A stretch of DNA of 63,814 nucleotides, filler included, from Octopus bimaculoides (Eukaryota): assembly GCF_001194135.2 (NCBI RefSeq). It is 4 parts of 4 records of this genome, joined end to end, with 100 filler letters (N's around TTAATTAATTAA, not from the genome) between each part and the next. Parts side by side here need not be neighbours in the genome. Positions count along the whole stretch, not along the records: positions 1 to 22,175 come from NC_068982.1; 3 more parts are not named here. One strand, given 5' to 3'. A program made the position numbers and the translations under genes. The notes below the pieces were generated by a model. That model was not told where the DNA came from and ran no database searches. It saw nothing but the letters and a program-made list of their open reading frames with translations. Below, in pieces: positions 1 to 13,385 of this stretch. The first letter of the stretch is position 1. Every line of letters begins with the position of its first letter.

Positions 1-949
1 TATATACGTACGTGGAAAATGGTCGCCCTTTTAGTAAAAGAGTTACATATATTATAATTTACACAGTTTGATTCGGCTCCATGAGACGAAGGGTGTTACA
101 GGCTTCTTACAGAAACCCATCTCGTTCAATCTTAGATCGCTGCACGGAGAAATATAACAAGTACAATATGGTTACTAGATAATGGCCTGCTATTCGCCAA
201 GGGCTCACATACTGTTGTTAGAAGTAATATTGCCACTTTGGCGATACCAAAGTATTAGAAAATAGCTTTCCTTGGTCTGCATGGTTGGTCAAGAAGCTAG
301 TGGCGATTTGGTGCCTAGTGTGCCTTACAAGTGACTTAGAAGCCGGCAGAAGAAAGGCCGATGAAAGAGAGAGAGTATGTGTGTGTGTGTATGCAAATAC
401 GTGTGCAGTTGTGTTCGCTGCATAAGAATGCGCGGAGGTATCTAAAATATGTGAATGGATGCTTGTGCATAAGAACGTGTATATTTTTGCATTTGTGTAT
501 AAACGTATGCGTGTGTGCGTGTGTGTTTATCTGAAAGAACGTATATACGTACGTGTGCACATTTTGCCCTGACGTGTGCGTGTGTGTTTTCATATATATG
601 CATGCTTTTATATTTATATGTACATTCGTGACTGATGTAGGTTAGTGTAGTTGCTATATCGTTGCGGGGACTATGGACGTTGACTTGAGGTTTGGTGATG
701 TACGTAGGAGAGAAGGGGAAAATATAAGAAGTATAAGTACATGGATATATGTATGTGCGTGTACAGATATGTGTATTGTGTGATTGCATGTGCACACCAC
801 GTTTTTGGAGGCGAATGTAAGGAGCTTCAGGGACACATTTTGTCCTGGGTCGACCTGAGTCTGTGTTGGCATTGGTGGCTAAGAATCATCCTCATTGTTG
901 TAGGGCAGCCAGTGTTGAGCAACAGCCAATTCTAACGTGGTATATTTGC

Positions 950-1770
950 ATTGCTGACGGCTAGTGGCTTGGCGTGACGTTCACCAGGATGGCGTACCTC
1001 TGATGGCAGTAATAAGATCGTAATTTCTTCTAATAAGCAGTACAGTTTGGTGGAGAATGTGCTGTCTTTCGTGGAGGCAGAGCTGTCAGTTGCCGGCGCC
1101 AGGTGCGTAGGATGTATCCTGCCGATGATGGTCCATGATGGAGTCCGGAAATCGAGACAAGACAAAGATGTGAAGTTGTCACTATATCTGCTTCTATGCG
1201 AGTAGGTATACTATGTTTACCTCCCTTTGAAGCTATTGGACATCATGCCCATGAAGTGTTTTATGATGCCATCGGATGTTGCGACGGTACCTCTATAGAC
1301 TACACTCTAGAGAGGCAGGATCCCACGAGAGGGAAGTTTCAGAGGTTATACGTTTGGGTTGGTGGTTGTGCTTCCGTATGTTTCCTTGTTAGAGCATATA
1401 ATATTAGAAGTGATATTATCTAAGCAGGAGTAGTTCACATTTATTTTATTTGCGTTGAAGAACTTATAGTACTTGTCAGATTACGGAAAATGACAGTAAA
1501 CAACTGGCTACTTTAGTGAAAATTTCTAGAATACATGGCGATTATTTTTCTCTTTTGTGAGGATGGGGGTTGAGGTTCCACCAAATATGCTAATTTCGTG
1601 ATAACTTCATTCTTCGCTAATGAATCCTCGTTATGGTGAGGATGGCAGCGCTTCTATTAATCTACCTAACAGCTGAAGGAATGGATATTCTAGTTTTAAC
1701 GCCTGAGACTTGGTTTGTAATTACTGTAGAAAAGGGAGTGCTTCGAGTGCTTCCACTGTTTCTCTCCTGT
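950..1770 (-). mobile_element. Degenerate Penelope-like retroelement (RT C-terminus plus GIY-YIG endonuclease)
   Basis: Manual minus-strand translation across stops and frameshifts gives HFP*SDKYYKFFNANKINVNYSCLDNITS, VVYRGTVATSDGIIKHFMGMMSNSFKGR, WTIIGR and TSYAPGAGN*QLCLHERQHILH. This motif order is colinear with the PLE ORFs at 56515-57115. Confidence 0.75.
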
Positions 1771-1785
1771 CGCTGTCGTAATGAA

Positions 1786-1853
<68 letters not shown>
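1786..1853 (+). repeat. (AAT)n microsatellite
   Basis: Direct reading. Confidence 0.98.
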
Positions 1854-1855
<2 letters not shown>

Positions 1856-2408
1856 GCCGTGATGCAGTACCTGGCAGTGACTCATAGTTTTCGATTTTAA
1901 CTGATTGGTAATGTTATAATGTACGTTGTTTTGTTTTGGTATAAAAGATGGGCTACAGGAAATATTCCGCTCAATAACATAGATTTGCCTGTCAGTTGTT
2001 CGACCTCAACCATTTGAGCATGTCTTTTGGTGGGTGACGATGTGTGCATCTTTGATCACGAGCAGAATTAATGGGGAGCATCATAGCCATGTATTGAGAA
2101 GATTTCTTTGGGGTTTGAATAATTCACCTTTGGAAACATGGGTGTATCGTTCAACATCCTTAAACAATCCTTATTCAGGGGTCTTTTGAGCGGGATGGGC
2201 TACTCGACTGGAAGAAAATTCTAACTGGGCCCCACCTGCAAGGTTATGAGCTGTTTATCTTGATATGAGATCACCATGTCACGCGTATATGATTGTGCTG
2301 CATGCACCTGGTGTACCTTATAAGACGAGGAGTCATGATGGGTATACTGGTTTGCGTATATTTTATCCCAGTGACACTTTGATGGTATGCACTGCTGTCT
2401 CATTCAAT
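1854..2408 (+). mobile_element. ~555-bp non-coding interspersed repeat bounded by (TAA)n on both sides (copy 1 of 3)
   Basis: Colinear with 39340-39730 (+) and 48824-49250 (-), sharing blocks such as gtcagttg, aaaattctaactgggccccacctgc and gtcatgatggg. All three copies end in a TAA-type tail. Confidence 0.85.
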
Positions 2409-2409
2409 G

Positions 2410-2501
<92 letters not shown>

Positions 2502-2508
2502 AATGATA
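2409..2508 (+). repeat. Compound (TAA)n(GAT)n microsatellite tail
   Basis: Direct reading. Confidence 0.95.
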
Positions 2509-5500
2509 ACGTTATATATAAATGGGAGAGAGGGAAAGTGAGAGAGAGGCCGTGTAAGAGATACGGATAGGAGGAAGCATATAAAGAAAATGAAATAGTG
2601 AGAAAATATGCATATGATTAAATATTTTCATAAGTTTCTGTGTCATGTGTTTGATAGTTACATGCATATTGGTATTTCCCTCCCGCACTCCATCATCACA
2701 CTCAGCCACACACACAAGCACACATGCACATACAAACAAACACACACACACAAACGCACACACACACATGTAGGCACATATACACTTACACGCTTATATA
2801 TGTGTGTTTGCGTGTGTTGCGTGTGTGTTTGTGCGTATTTGTGTGTATTTGTGTTTGTGTGTGTGTATGTTTGTAATTTCTGTGCTTTTATTTCTCAGTG
2901 ACTTCGTATTGATCTTTAAATTTTTCATTCTTTGTGCTTGATATGTTCTAACAATGGGTTTGTATTATGGTGTCAAGTACGATTTCTTTTATTCAAAGGT
3001 CTTGTAAATGAGAAACTCATTCACCCTTTAATATACGATAAATTTGTAGTGTGCGTATTTTAATGACTGCTTCATCTGTCGTATAAAAATGAGAGAATTT
3101 GTTCTTGTCCAATTCTATACCCATGTCTACTAAACTATTGTGCTATCTATTATTAACGAATACATTCCTCACTTCTAGAGTTTCCTTATTCCAATTTTCT
3201 TTCGTAGAAAAACATGAAAACCTTGTCGAAGTAATATCACTACATCGCTTGTTTATCTATAGAGATAAGCACAGTACCTTTGTATATATAAAAAGTTATT
3301 TGCGCTGTGTCATGTGTATTGTATATATTGTTTATTTTTTTTTTGTGCTGGCGAGTTATTTACTGTGCGCGGCTTAATAGTGCATTTCATAAACGCCCAC
3401 TTTGTGTACCGGAAAATCATAGATAATATTCGAATGTTAGTTGTAGAAAATTGTTTAATTTATTTTTGTAGGTGAGCACTGTTATTTCTCATATTTATCA
3501 GGAATTTGCAATTATCTAGATGTCATATTTTTTTCTAATCATTGTCTAATAATTAAAGGTTGCTCTTATCTCTTTTACAATATATAATATTGTATGATAA
3601 TTGTTCAGTTTTTGTAAATTTAGCTTGGTATGAGTATTAAGTATGTTACTGCATTTTATCAGTGTATGTAGCTTTCACACAAATATCTATTGCCATCTTT
3701 GTCAAATTCTTTTTTTTTTTTTTCACTAATGGTATCAAGTGACAGAATAATTCAAGTTCGACATTCTTTATATATTGATAATATTTTTACAAGAAAATGG
3801 AATTAAGGTTGAGATTCAAGACTGCTATCTGATCATAGCTAAGTATGTACTGTGAAAGTTTAAGTAATTTAGTCTTATATGTAGACAAAAAGCTTTTGTA
3901 GCATCTGCTGAACATCCATATTTTAATTTATCATTAGATACGACAGGGAAGACAAAAGACTTTCATTGTCCGAAAAGAAATACTTATTTGGATACTTTCG
4001 ATGTGTTTACCTGACGTTCAATTGGGGGTTTTCGAATTTCAGATGAATGCAGTATGTTTTTGATATTTTGACGTCTAAATTTATTTTCTGTACATAGGAG
4101 GCAATCTTTCTAACCATTATGATTTTTGCATTAGGTTTTCAAGAAATCATGTTTTGAAATGGATTTTGTTGTAAGTTCGGTGTGCCATTATACTAATACT
4201 AAATACATGCACTCATTCTCTTTCATTTTCATTATTAGTATTAATGAACAATTCAACCGTTGAACTACTTAACTAATCGACTGTGTGATTAATCGATCGG
4301 ACAATCAATCAAATCGGTTTCTCAAAGTCATTTCACCGCTATCCGAAGTCACAAATAACACCCGCTGTACTCAGGGCCCACTCCAGGTTTGTCTGTCTTC
4401 TTCATAGTTTACAGATTCTATATTTATATATATGTGGATGTGAGTTTAAATGCGTGTGAGAGAGAGAGAGTGTGTGTGTGTGTGTGTGTGAGTGTTTGTG
4501 TGTGTGTGCGTGCGTGTGTGTGTGTGTTATGTGTGTGTATGTGTATGTGCGTGCGTGTGTAAGAGGAAGAGAGGGAGTGCACGCGTACGTGAATGTGTAC
4601 GGAGAGGAAAATTGCACGAGATGCGTCATGAATTAACCCTTTATTTATTAAAGAATCATGTGAAAATTTTAATTTATTTTTTAGCAAAATTCATGCAAAA
4701 ATTCGACACCTGGATGCACTACTAACAAAATACGTCTTGAAATCTACCAGTTCGTAATCGATGTGAAATTTTTAAAATCCTGTATTTCTGGTCTTATTAG
4801 CAATAACTACATCCTCGTAATCATTTTAAACCTACAGCAAAAACTATGGACAACATGACATCACTCTAATGTCATTTTGATGATGAGTCTAGTAATGTTT
4901 TGAAACTTTATTAAAGTAACGAAGTTCTGAGCATTCTTGTTTAAATTTTGAAATATATAACTTATGCGGAAATTTAAAAAGCATTCAATAAGAAAGTTAG
5001 CGCGAAGTTATTCGTTACTTAAATAAAATATACATTTACTCAAATTAGCATACTGAATATATTATCATAAACTGCCTTCTGTTGTTACCACACAGCATAA
5101 TTCTCTCATTGTAACTAGTCTTATAACTGCAACAAATAACCACATCCTCTAGATTCGTTACCTTCTCTCAAAACTCTCACTTCCGCTCTTGTAAATCTGC
5201 TACAAATGCTTTCACTTACCAACACTTTTCATAATATACCGTAGTTCATTTTTTACCAGAATATAAAAGCTTTTTTTAATAATTACTTGACTTTTACGTG
5301 ACGTACAATTGAGGAAGATGGAAACATATTTGCCATTGAGAGGCAACATCAGTTTAAGCCATCTAGGCATATTAATTATGATTTCGGTATGTTTTATTTT
5401 TTATTTTGAAAAGTGATTCAAAAGACAAGTCAATATTTTGGCCTTGAAAACAATTTTATCTGAATGTTTCTGTACCTTTGTTATTAATAATTTAAAGTAG

Positions 5501-5889
5501 TATAATTAGATCGTATAATTACATAATGTTATATTATTCTATAGCTAACCACACGTTTTGCAAAGATGCATGAGAAATTTGTTTTATTTATTTCATGATA
5601 ATTTAATAAGTCAGTCTATTTTCAAAGTTAGCATTTATTTGAAAATTTTGCATTACATTAATGAAAAGAAATTTGAAAACCGAAATGAAATTAAATTATT
5701 ACTCCAACGTTATTTTACCCTAAGTTGCCAAAGTATATTCCCAACGTTATATGCCATATTACGAGCAACCCCATCATATATATTTGACTCATTAAATAGA
5801 GAATAATTTAATACACACATACACATACCCACAATTTTAGCATTATCATGTTTCAACCCGTCTCTAACTAAATTACCAACCTGATGGTT

Positions 5890-6110
5890 TTATACCAAAA
5901 TTAGGGTAAGTTTGTACCACGATGACGCAATTCTTGCTGTTTATAATTCTTTTTCTTCTTCAGCAGTAGCAAAAAAAAACTACATAGGTTCTTAAGAAAT
6001 TTGAAATTCTATATTTGTTTTGGAAAAGGTGGCACAATCATAAATTTCCTGGATTTAGTATTAGATTTTATCTCCACTGATTTTAAGCCGAACCAGAACT
6101 TGAATTATCA
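5890..6110 (+). mobile_element. Penelope-like RT remnant
   Basis: Translation across frameshifts gives LYHDDAILAV, INFLDLVLDL and FKPNQNLNY, matching RDDALL, VNFWDLALNL and KPNQTLKY in the PLE at 55760-57480. Confidence 0.6.
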
Positions 6111-9100
6111 ATTTTTTTTATATTTTGAATTATGAATGAGCTTGCCTTTGCTACTGAATATATTTTACTACAATCAACAAATTTCGAAGAAACCATTAAA
6201 TGTGAAAATCAGTAAAACATAACAAAACAAATCAAGATTTAGAAAGAAATAAGAATCTTTGCCAAGATACGATCTATGCCGGAAAGCCAATTCTTAAATG
6301 CTGTTTTGTATTCCCACCAGAGTGTCTGATTAACATTAGACTGATTTTCGAAATGATATATTCCTTAGTTTTGTCATTGACATGGGAAATGGATTGAGAA
6401 AATTGTTAGAACATCGGAAAAATACTCCGAGAAATTTCTTTGGGTTCTACGTTTCAAGTTCAAGTACGGCTGCGACATCAACTGTGCTTTTCATATTTTA
6501 GAAGTCGATAAAAAAATGTACTGGAAAAGTACAGGTTTGATGGCATCGATGAAATCCTTTGCCACAAAATTGCAGGCTTTCTACCTAAATTATAAATCAT
6601 AAAATACTTGAAGCGAACATTTAGTGCAGCTTCAGAATTGGTTTTCTATTTCGAATGCTTGAAAGTAAGTAGATGCTTAACACACTCAATCATTCAGTTC
6701 TGGTCGGATTTACAATTTGGCGTAATCATATCTATTCAGAAAAGATTATTACACTCTGTATAATTACCTTCCTGCATTTGTATGGTTTTCTAATATTTTC
6801 GTATTTGAAAAGTACAAGCCAATGTGTGTGTGTGTGTGTACGTGCGCGAAAGAAGAAACTAATATCTTAATACATAAGACATTTTTATGTGTTTTATTAG
6901 CAATCATTAACCTCAGATGTATTTTATTTGTGATAGTATTAGAAGGGTATGTATGCTTTCAAGAAGACGTTCGCCTAAAAGCTATTGAAGCCAATCTAAA
7001 AAAAGAAGATATGAATTTTAAAGGAGTTGCAGTTACTCAAATGGGCATTACAAATAATTTTGTGCGTATTTTCACAACGAGTTAGTACATAAGAAAAATA
7101 TTAGCGCCGGTCATAATAAAATGTTGTCAATCTACATGATTATAGACTTCAGGTTCTGATACTAAGTTGAATTCAATCATTCACAATCATTATTCAGACG
7201 GCGCTCGAACATAATTTTGAAAATAATTTATGTTTCTATAATTTTGACATTTAGATTTAGCATTGATAAACACAAGAACAAAAATATATTCATACAAGAT
7301 TTCAATTTTTTCCTGTTTTATAATTGTATTAAATTGCTCGATGTTTCTCTTTCACTTACTTAATAGTATCAACGTATTTAAATTTAATTTCCTGAGATTT
7401 TCTGAATAAATTGTCTCTTAAACAATGCATACATCTTTAATGCAGATTTCAAAACTTAAGCGCCTACTGCGTTATTGAGTGTTTCGATGAGAAGTAAATG
7501 TAAATTAAATAGAAACTCAGCCCAAACACACATGAACAGAATTTTAAAGTGTGGATGAAAATATTTACAAACAAAACCACAATTGCAAACTAAACACTTA
7601 GTGTTAATAGGTTATCGATGAAAATTCTGAATTATTTGCCAGCATTTAACATGACAATATTGTTGTCCGAAACGATTTTAACAGAAAATATTTTCTCCAA
7701 ATAAATTAGGTGAGTTTTGATGGGAGGGGAATACATATGTGTGCGCGAGCGCGTGCGTGAAGACAGCACAGGTATACTCTGAAACACACACTCATACATG
7801 CGTACACACACACAAAAACACACATATATATGTACATTCATATATATATGAATGTACATCCATATATCACATAATAACCATGTACACATATATCTTTATG
7901 CATGTGTCTACGTGTGTATGCATGTCAGCGCGTTTCTCTATGTAGAAAATGTGCAGCGTTCAAAGATTTTCAGGTGACTAGATGGAAAATAATCCATTTT
8001 GTGAGTGAATTACGCATTGGAACACAGATAAGCAACCTTAACTTTAAAATACAATAATTTCCTGAAAGAACGTGCTTTATTTAACATAATTTTCTTCATC
8101 CTTCAAGTGCAGATAGATGTCACACAATTCTGAGATGAAAAATGTTGATAATTTAGTAATATTGTGTTTAATAATAACATTTGTTTAACAACAATTAGAA
8201 GTTTCTAAAAACATGTTACATTTTTCAGCAACCTTAACACAATTTTATTCTGTAACGTCACTGTACTGTTAACATTACATAATATTATGGGAGTAAACAA
8301 GTTTGTATTTTTGTCTGTATCGTTTAACAAATAGATAAATACAATTACCAAAAACGTGTTTATTGAATTTCTGAATTGCATAGAGACCGATAAACACATC
8401 TTGTTCAGAGGATAGTGTGTCGCATAACTCTATTTGATTCCCAATTAGCGTATCTTCGTATATTTTACTTCTGTTGATTCAAAATATATTCACTTGGCTT
8501 ACTCTTTAATACAAAGAAATTGGAGAAAAGTATGAACGCTGTACAAGTCATTATTTTCTAAGTTAGCATGCGGTATTACACATGAAATAGGAATGCAATG
8601 GTTAAGTTGATCTCAGGCATTCTCTAGAGCTACATAGAGAAAATTTCAAACCTTCGTTAAAAAAATTTCATTTATTTTCTTGAAATAAAATATAGATTTA
8701 TATGTCGTTCTTTTTTATCTGCTTATCTATTTCAAAACGTGTCTTTGTCTAACACTTTAATGCATACATTACAAATAATGCATCATATTATTTTCTGTTA
8801 ACAGTAGAATATTTAGTCGTTTAGCTAGCAATAAGGATGTACATAATATTGCTGGAAAATTAAAACAAACAGAAGAAACTGGCCCAAAGATATCGGAGCG
8901 TGACCTTTCTAATACCTACTTAAAGTCGGTATCCGGAACCGTGCGCACTTTAATAAAAATGCAATCCTTATGCATGTTTTATTACAATCGATAGTATCAC
9001 TTTGAAGCATAATACATAATCTTTCTGAAAAAATGTTATACCATACAAGAAGTATGATAACACTTTCAGCGTGTTGCTACAAAATGCAGATAAACGGAAT

Positions 9101-12100
9101 TTTAAAATGATTGGGAAAGTACCCTGTGTTTTATTTGAAAATAAACACTTTATGAACATACATCATTTTCATCCAAGCAAATTTTTATTTATTTTTAGCA
9201 TCTGCTAACTTCATTGTTGCCTGTATATATANNNNNNNNNNTTCAAGTAGTGAAAATTGTTTTCCTGTGTTTGGTACCGTACATAATATACAGAGACTGT
9301 AGTATATCACAGATATTTAGTTCTGTTGTCGCTAAGGTACAAATCAACACATAATCTCACTTGCGTCCTGTCTTATTTCAGTGGTATAGAAGCGATTACC
9401 ATGAGAAAAATTGGTCGGTTATAATTTTTTCACTATTCGATTGAATTCGTAGAAACTGCGCTCGTTCGTGATAATTGCTCTGTTTTGTGATTTTAGCAAA
9501 AGGCCATTATAAAGTAAGAAGAATACGCTTTGGCGGCGGAATCTATAGAATAGGCATGAATGATGACTACATACAGAAGTTGAAGAAATTTAAAGTACAA
9601 TTTATTGTTGGAAAATCCAGTTTGAAAACTCTCCACTGGCTTATAATGGGGAATGCTCTCGTTTTGATATCCCATCGGTCGGCAGGATGACAACAGAATA
9701 AGAGAGATAAATGGCTACTCGTAGCAAATCTATTCTCGTCATAGAGGTTTCTAGCAGCATAGATAGCATGACAGAAAGTAGATTTTTTAACAAAGAAATA
9801 AAATATATGAATATATAAATAAACTCTGACACACCTAATCTAATCATTCTAAGGAATTCCAGTGTTATATCTATTTTGGATTTTTCCATAATTCTTTCAT
9901 CTGTAGGAACAATATATATAATCTTAATGATAAATAATTGATTTGTATTTATATTTGTGTATTTTTACTTTCAAGTAAGCGATCAAAAGAACCTTGTGTA
10001 AAACATGATCTATTCTAACATAAAATTCTCAAGTATTTCCATTGAATCAAAAACAACAATTGTCTATTTTAGGATGTCTATGAATAAGCTAAGAACACTA
10101 GGTCAGTGGTGTTGAGTTAGTAAATGATAACAAAGTTATTCAGTAGAGATAATGCTACAGCTGGTATAAAATAATTGGCCAAAGTCCAAACAATGAGGAC
10201 ATGAAATAGTGATAAAACGTTCCTCTTGCATTTAAGAGTCAATATGCATGGCTTTTGTAAGCACTACTGGCTTGCTGGATCGATACAGTTAATGAGCTAT
10301 GTGAACGTCTATATTATATGCATATTGGAACACGTATAAGGGGAGCATTTCTCAATAATCAAGTGATGACCTATTAAAATGCGAGAGGGATTACACATTG
10401 GCAAAAAAGTGAGCTGTCTTAGGTACAGGAGCAGATGCTGTTGTAGTAGAGTTATAAGGCGCCGAGAAAAAATAAAGGAGATACAGTGATCAAAATGTGT
10501 TGTTATACCATTGTCGACCATATTCAGTTTAATTGTTTAGATGTTTATGCAAGTATCCAACTGTGAAGTTTTAAAATTTCATCAGATTTTAAGGGGCAAT
10601 ATCACGCTGAATACAAATATATAGAGATATGTAACAGTTCCTTCAGTCCAGCTGCATTAATATAGGGTCACAACAACAATTCAACTTATTCAAGTGGTAC
10701 AGAAAAATGCAATACAAATGCTCTCAGTATTGGAAGAAGTTAATCACTGGAAACCAAGCTGCATTTGAAATTGCATTAAAAATGTATAAGGGAGAAGAAA
10801 CGCCACTGTTTCATTCTTGCTTCCATTTTTCTCACACATGTGTACAGGAACCTTCACACACACACACACACACACACACAAACAAACACTCACACATACA
10901 GAGAGAATAAATGTCAGTAACGTACTTCCGTTATACACTTTGTACAAGCGCAGATCTAAACTGGGGCCAGATTGGTATCAAGTTATGAGGACTTCTGTAA
11001 AATCAGAAATATCTCTATTCGTCTTCCAAACGCACTTGTATAAAGCATGTGATTTCATTTCAAGCAAATCCTTCATTTCTGATTTTACATCCTATCAATT
11101 ACTGACAGGTCCCTTCAAGCAATGCCCGTTTACATTTCGATATTGTCTTTCGATATGTTTACAAAAGATATAGTCATTACAAGTAAATATGTTCTGGATT
11201 CCATGGGGACAGTTTACTGAAATATGAACCGTTAGAAACAAAATTATGGAAATTAGGCTACCCATTATATAGTTTAAATTACGACTGCTTTATATATTGC
11301 TTATCTACTCTACTAGCTCGCTGCGAACGCGTGAAGAGTGATCAACAAACCGTGAAAAATCCACAAGAGGTCACGAATGTCAATTTTTCACAGATCAACA
11401 GAATGGCGTATTTACATTCATAATTAACATGCAATAATTGTTTTCTATATATGTGCAACACAACCTCCCTAAGCTAGCAACCCCTGAAAGATTACCGGAA
11501 TTTTAATGAAAGATAATGTAGAACTAGATGAAAACACGTTGCCAAAAGTTAATAGTCATAAAACATATCAAACATATGCATTCACCATCAGCTGGCATGT
11601 AGATATTATTATGGTTTAGAGATGCGAAGAGTTTCATTATTCCCGTTAGTCGGACAGTTGTAATGAAAACTCTATAGAAATACCGAATTAAAATACTGAA
11701 ATAATTCCGTATTCATTTCACCTGTCTGACAAACTGGAAAGTGAAACACTAAGTCTTGTGAAGGTTTTGTAATTTTAATAAGAGCATATTGCAATACAAG
11801 AAGTATTTGTATATGTGTGTGTGCGTGTCTGCGCGCGCGTGTGCGTGTGATGTATCCTGTCATTTTCAACAAACGGAGATCCAGTAGTCATCTTTAGAGA
11901 TCTGATATCTATGTCTCTTATGAGACTTCAATCCTACTAATGATTTAGAGCCAGGTCCAAAGCCTGGACATAAGAGAAGGTTGTCATATAAAGCGAATGG
12001 TACGTTAGCTCGAGTCTTTGCCTTCGCTCAGAATTCTTTGAGATGACACAAACAATTGAATTCATAATTGTTTAGGGCTCTATTTCAAGTTAATCTCCAT

Positions 12101-12490
12101 TCATTGCTTTTCAGTGAAGAGTTTCGAATGTTTCTGTGGGAATATTTGTTACTTTCGCTTTCAACTTCTCCATAAACAGAAGCCATTGTCTTCCTGCATT
12201 TCTACTTTCATAATGCCGCTTGCCATATATAGGGTAGTTTTGTAATACTGTTCCATTTATTCAGATGAAGCGACAAATCTATTCTTATTGGAATTGTCAA
12301 TATAAGGATCGTAAACCAAAAATTTTATTTGATCCTTTTAGTATTGTATGTATAATACTACGTGAATAAACATTTTGCACTTATTCTTAACTTTGCTTTA
12401 AATTATCAACCTCATTTCAAGACGCACACACAGAGACGTACACGCTCGCACACACATACATGCACACATACACATACATACACATATATA

Positions 12491-12521
<31 letters not shown>

Positions 12522-13073
12522 NNNNNNNNNNNNNNNNNNNNNNNNNNNNNNNNNNNNNNNNNNNNNNNNNNNNNNNNNNNNNNNNNNNNNNNNNNNNNNN
12601 NNNNNNNNNNNNNNNNNNNNNNNNNNNNNNNNNNNNNNNNNNNNNNNNNNNNNNNNNNNNNNNNNNNNNNNNNNNNNNNNNNNNNNNNNNNNNNNNNNNN
12701 NNNNNNNNNNNNNNNNNNNNNNNNNNNNNNNNNNNNNNNNNNNNNNNNNNNNNNNNNNNNNNNNNNNNNNNNNNNNNNNNNNNNNNNNNNNNNNNNNNNN
12801 NNNNNNNNNNNNNNNNNNNNNNNNNNNNNNNNNNNNNNNNNNNNNNNNNNNNNNNNNNNNNNATATATATATATATATATATATACATACATAATCTGTT
12901 GAGTACACAGCCACTGCACATTAATTTTATCCTCATGTGGTAATGAAAAGTAAAAGCGACATCCAATATTTGTTGTAGCTATTTGTCTTTAATTTAACAT
13001 TGTTTCTATGTATCAGTATATCTACTTTTCTTTGCATTTATGTAACTACTTTTCTTTCGATCTACGTATCTAC

Positions 13074-13178
13074 TTTTCTTTCGATGTATGTATCAGTCTA
13101 CTCTGAAAATACTAAATACTGATAGACATTTAAAAACGGACGCCAACTTCGTCTCAGTCACCACTCACTGTTTCCCCC

Positions 13179-13217
<39 letters not shown>

Positions 13218-13385
13218 ACTTCCTCTCTGTGACTCCTCTCTCCCACTTTTAATTTAAGAATGTATGGATGTATCTATGTGCGCATTCATTTTTCTTTCGA
13301 TACATGCATCAGTCTACTCTGAAAATACTGATAAACATTTAAAAACAAAAAAGGAACGACAACTTCCATTTAGCCACCACTCACT
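13074..13385 (+). repeat. Diverged ~100-bp direct duplication (13074-13169 and 13289-13385)
   Basis: Both copies contain ttttctttcgat, atcagtctactctgaaaatact, acatttaaaaac and ccactcact. Confidence 0.8.

Noticed and set aside
9475-9889. Overlapping short ORFs, one with a signal-peptide-like stretch
   Set aside because: No recognisable family motif or exon boundaries.
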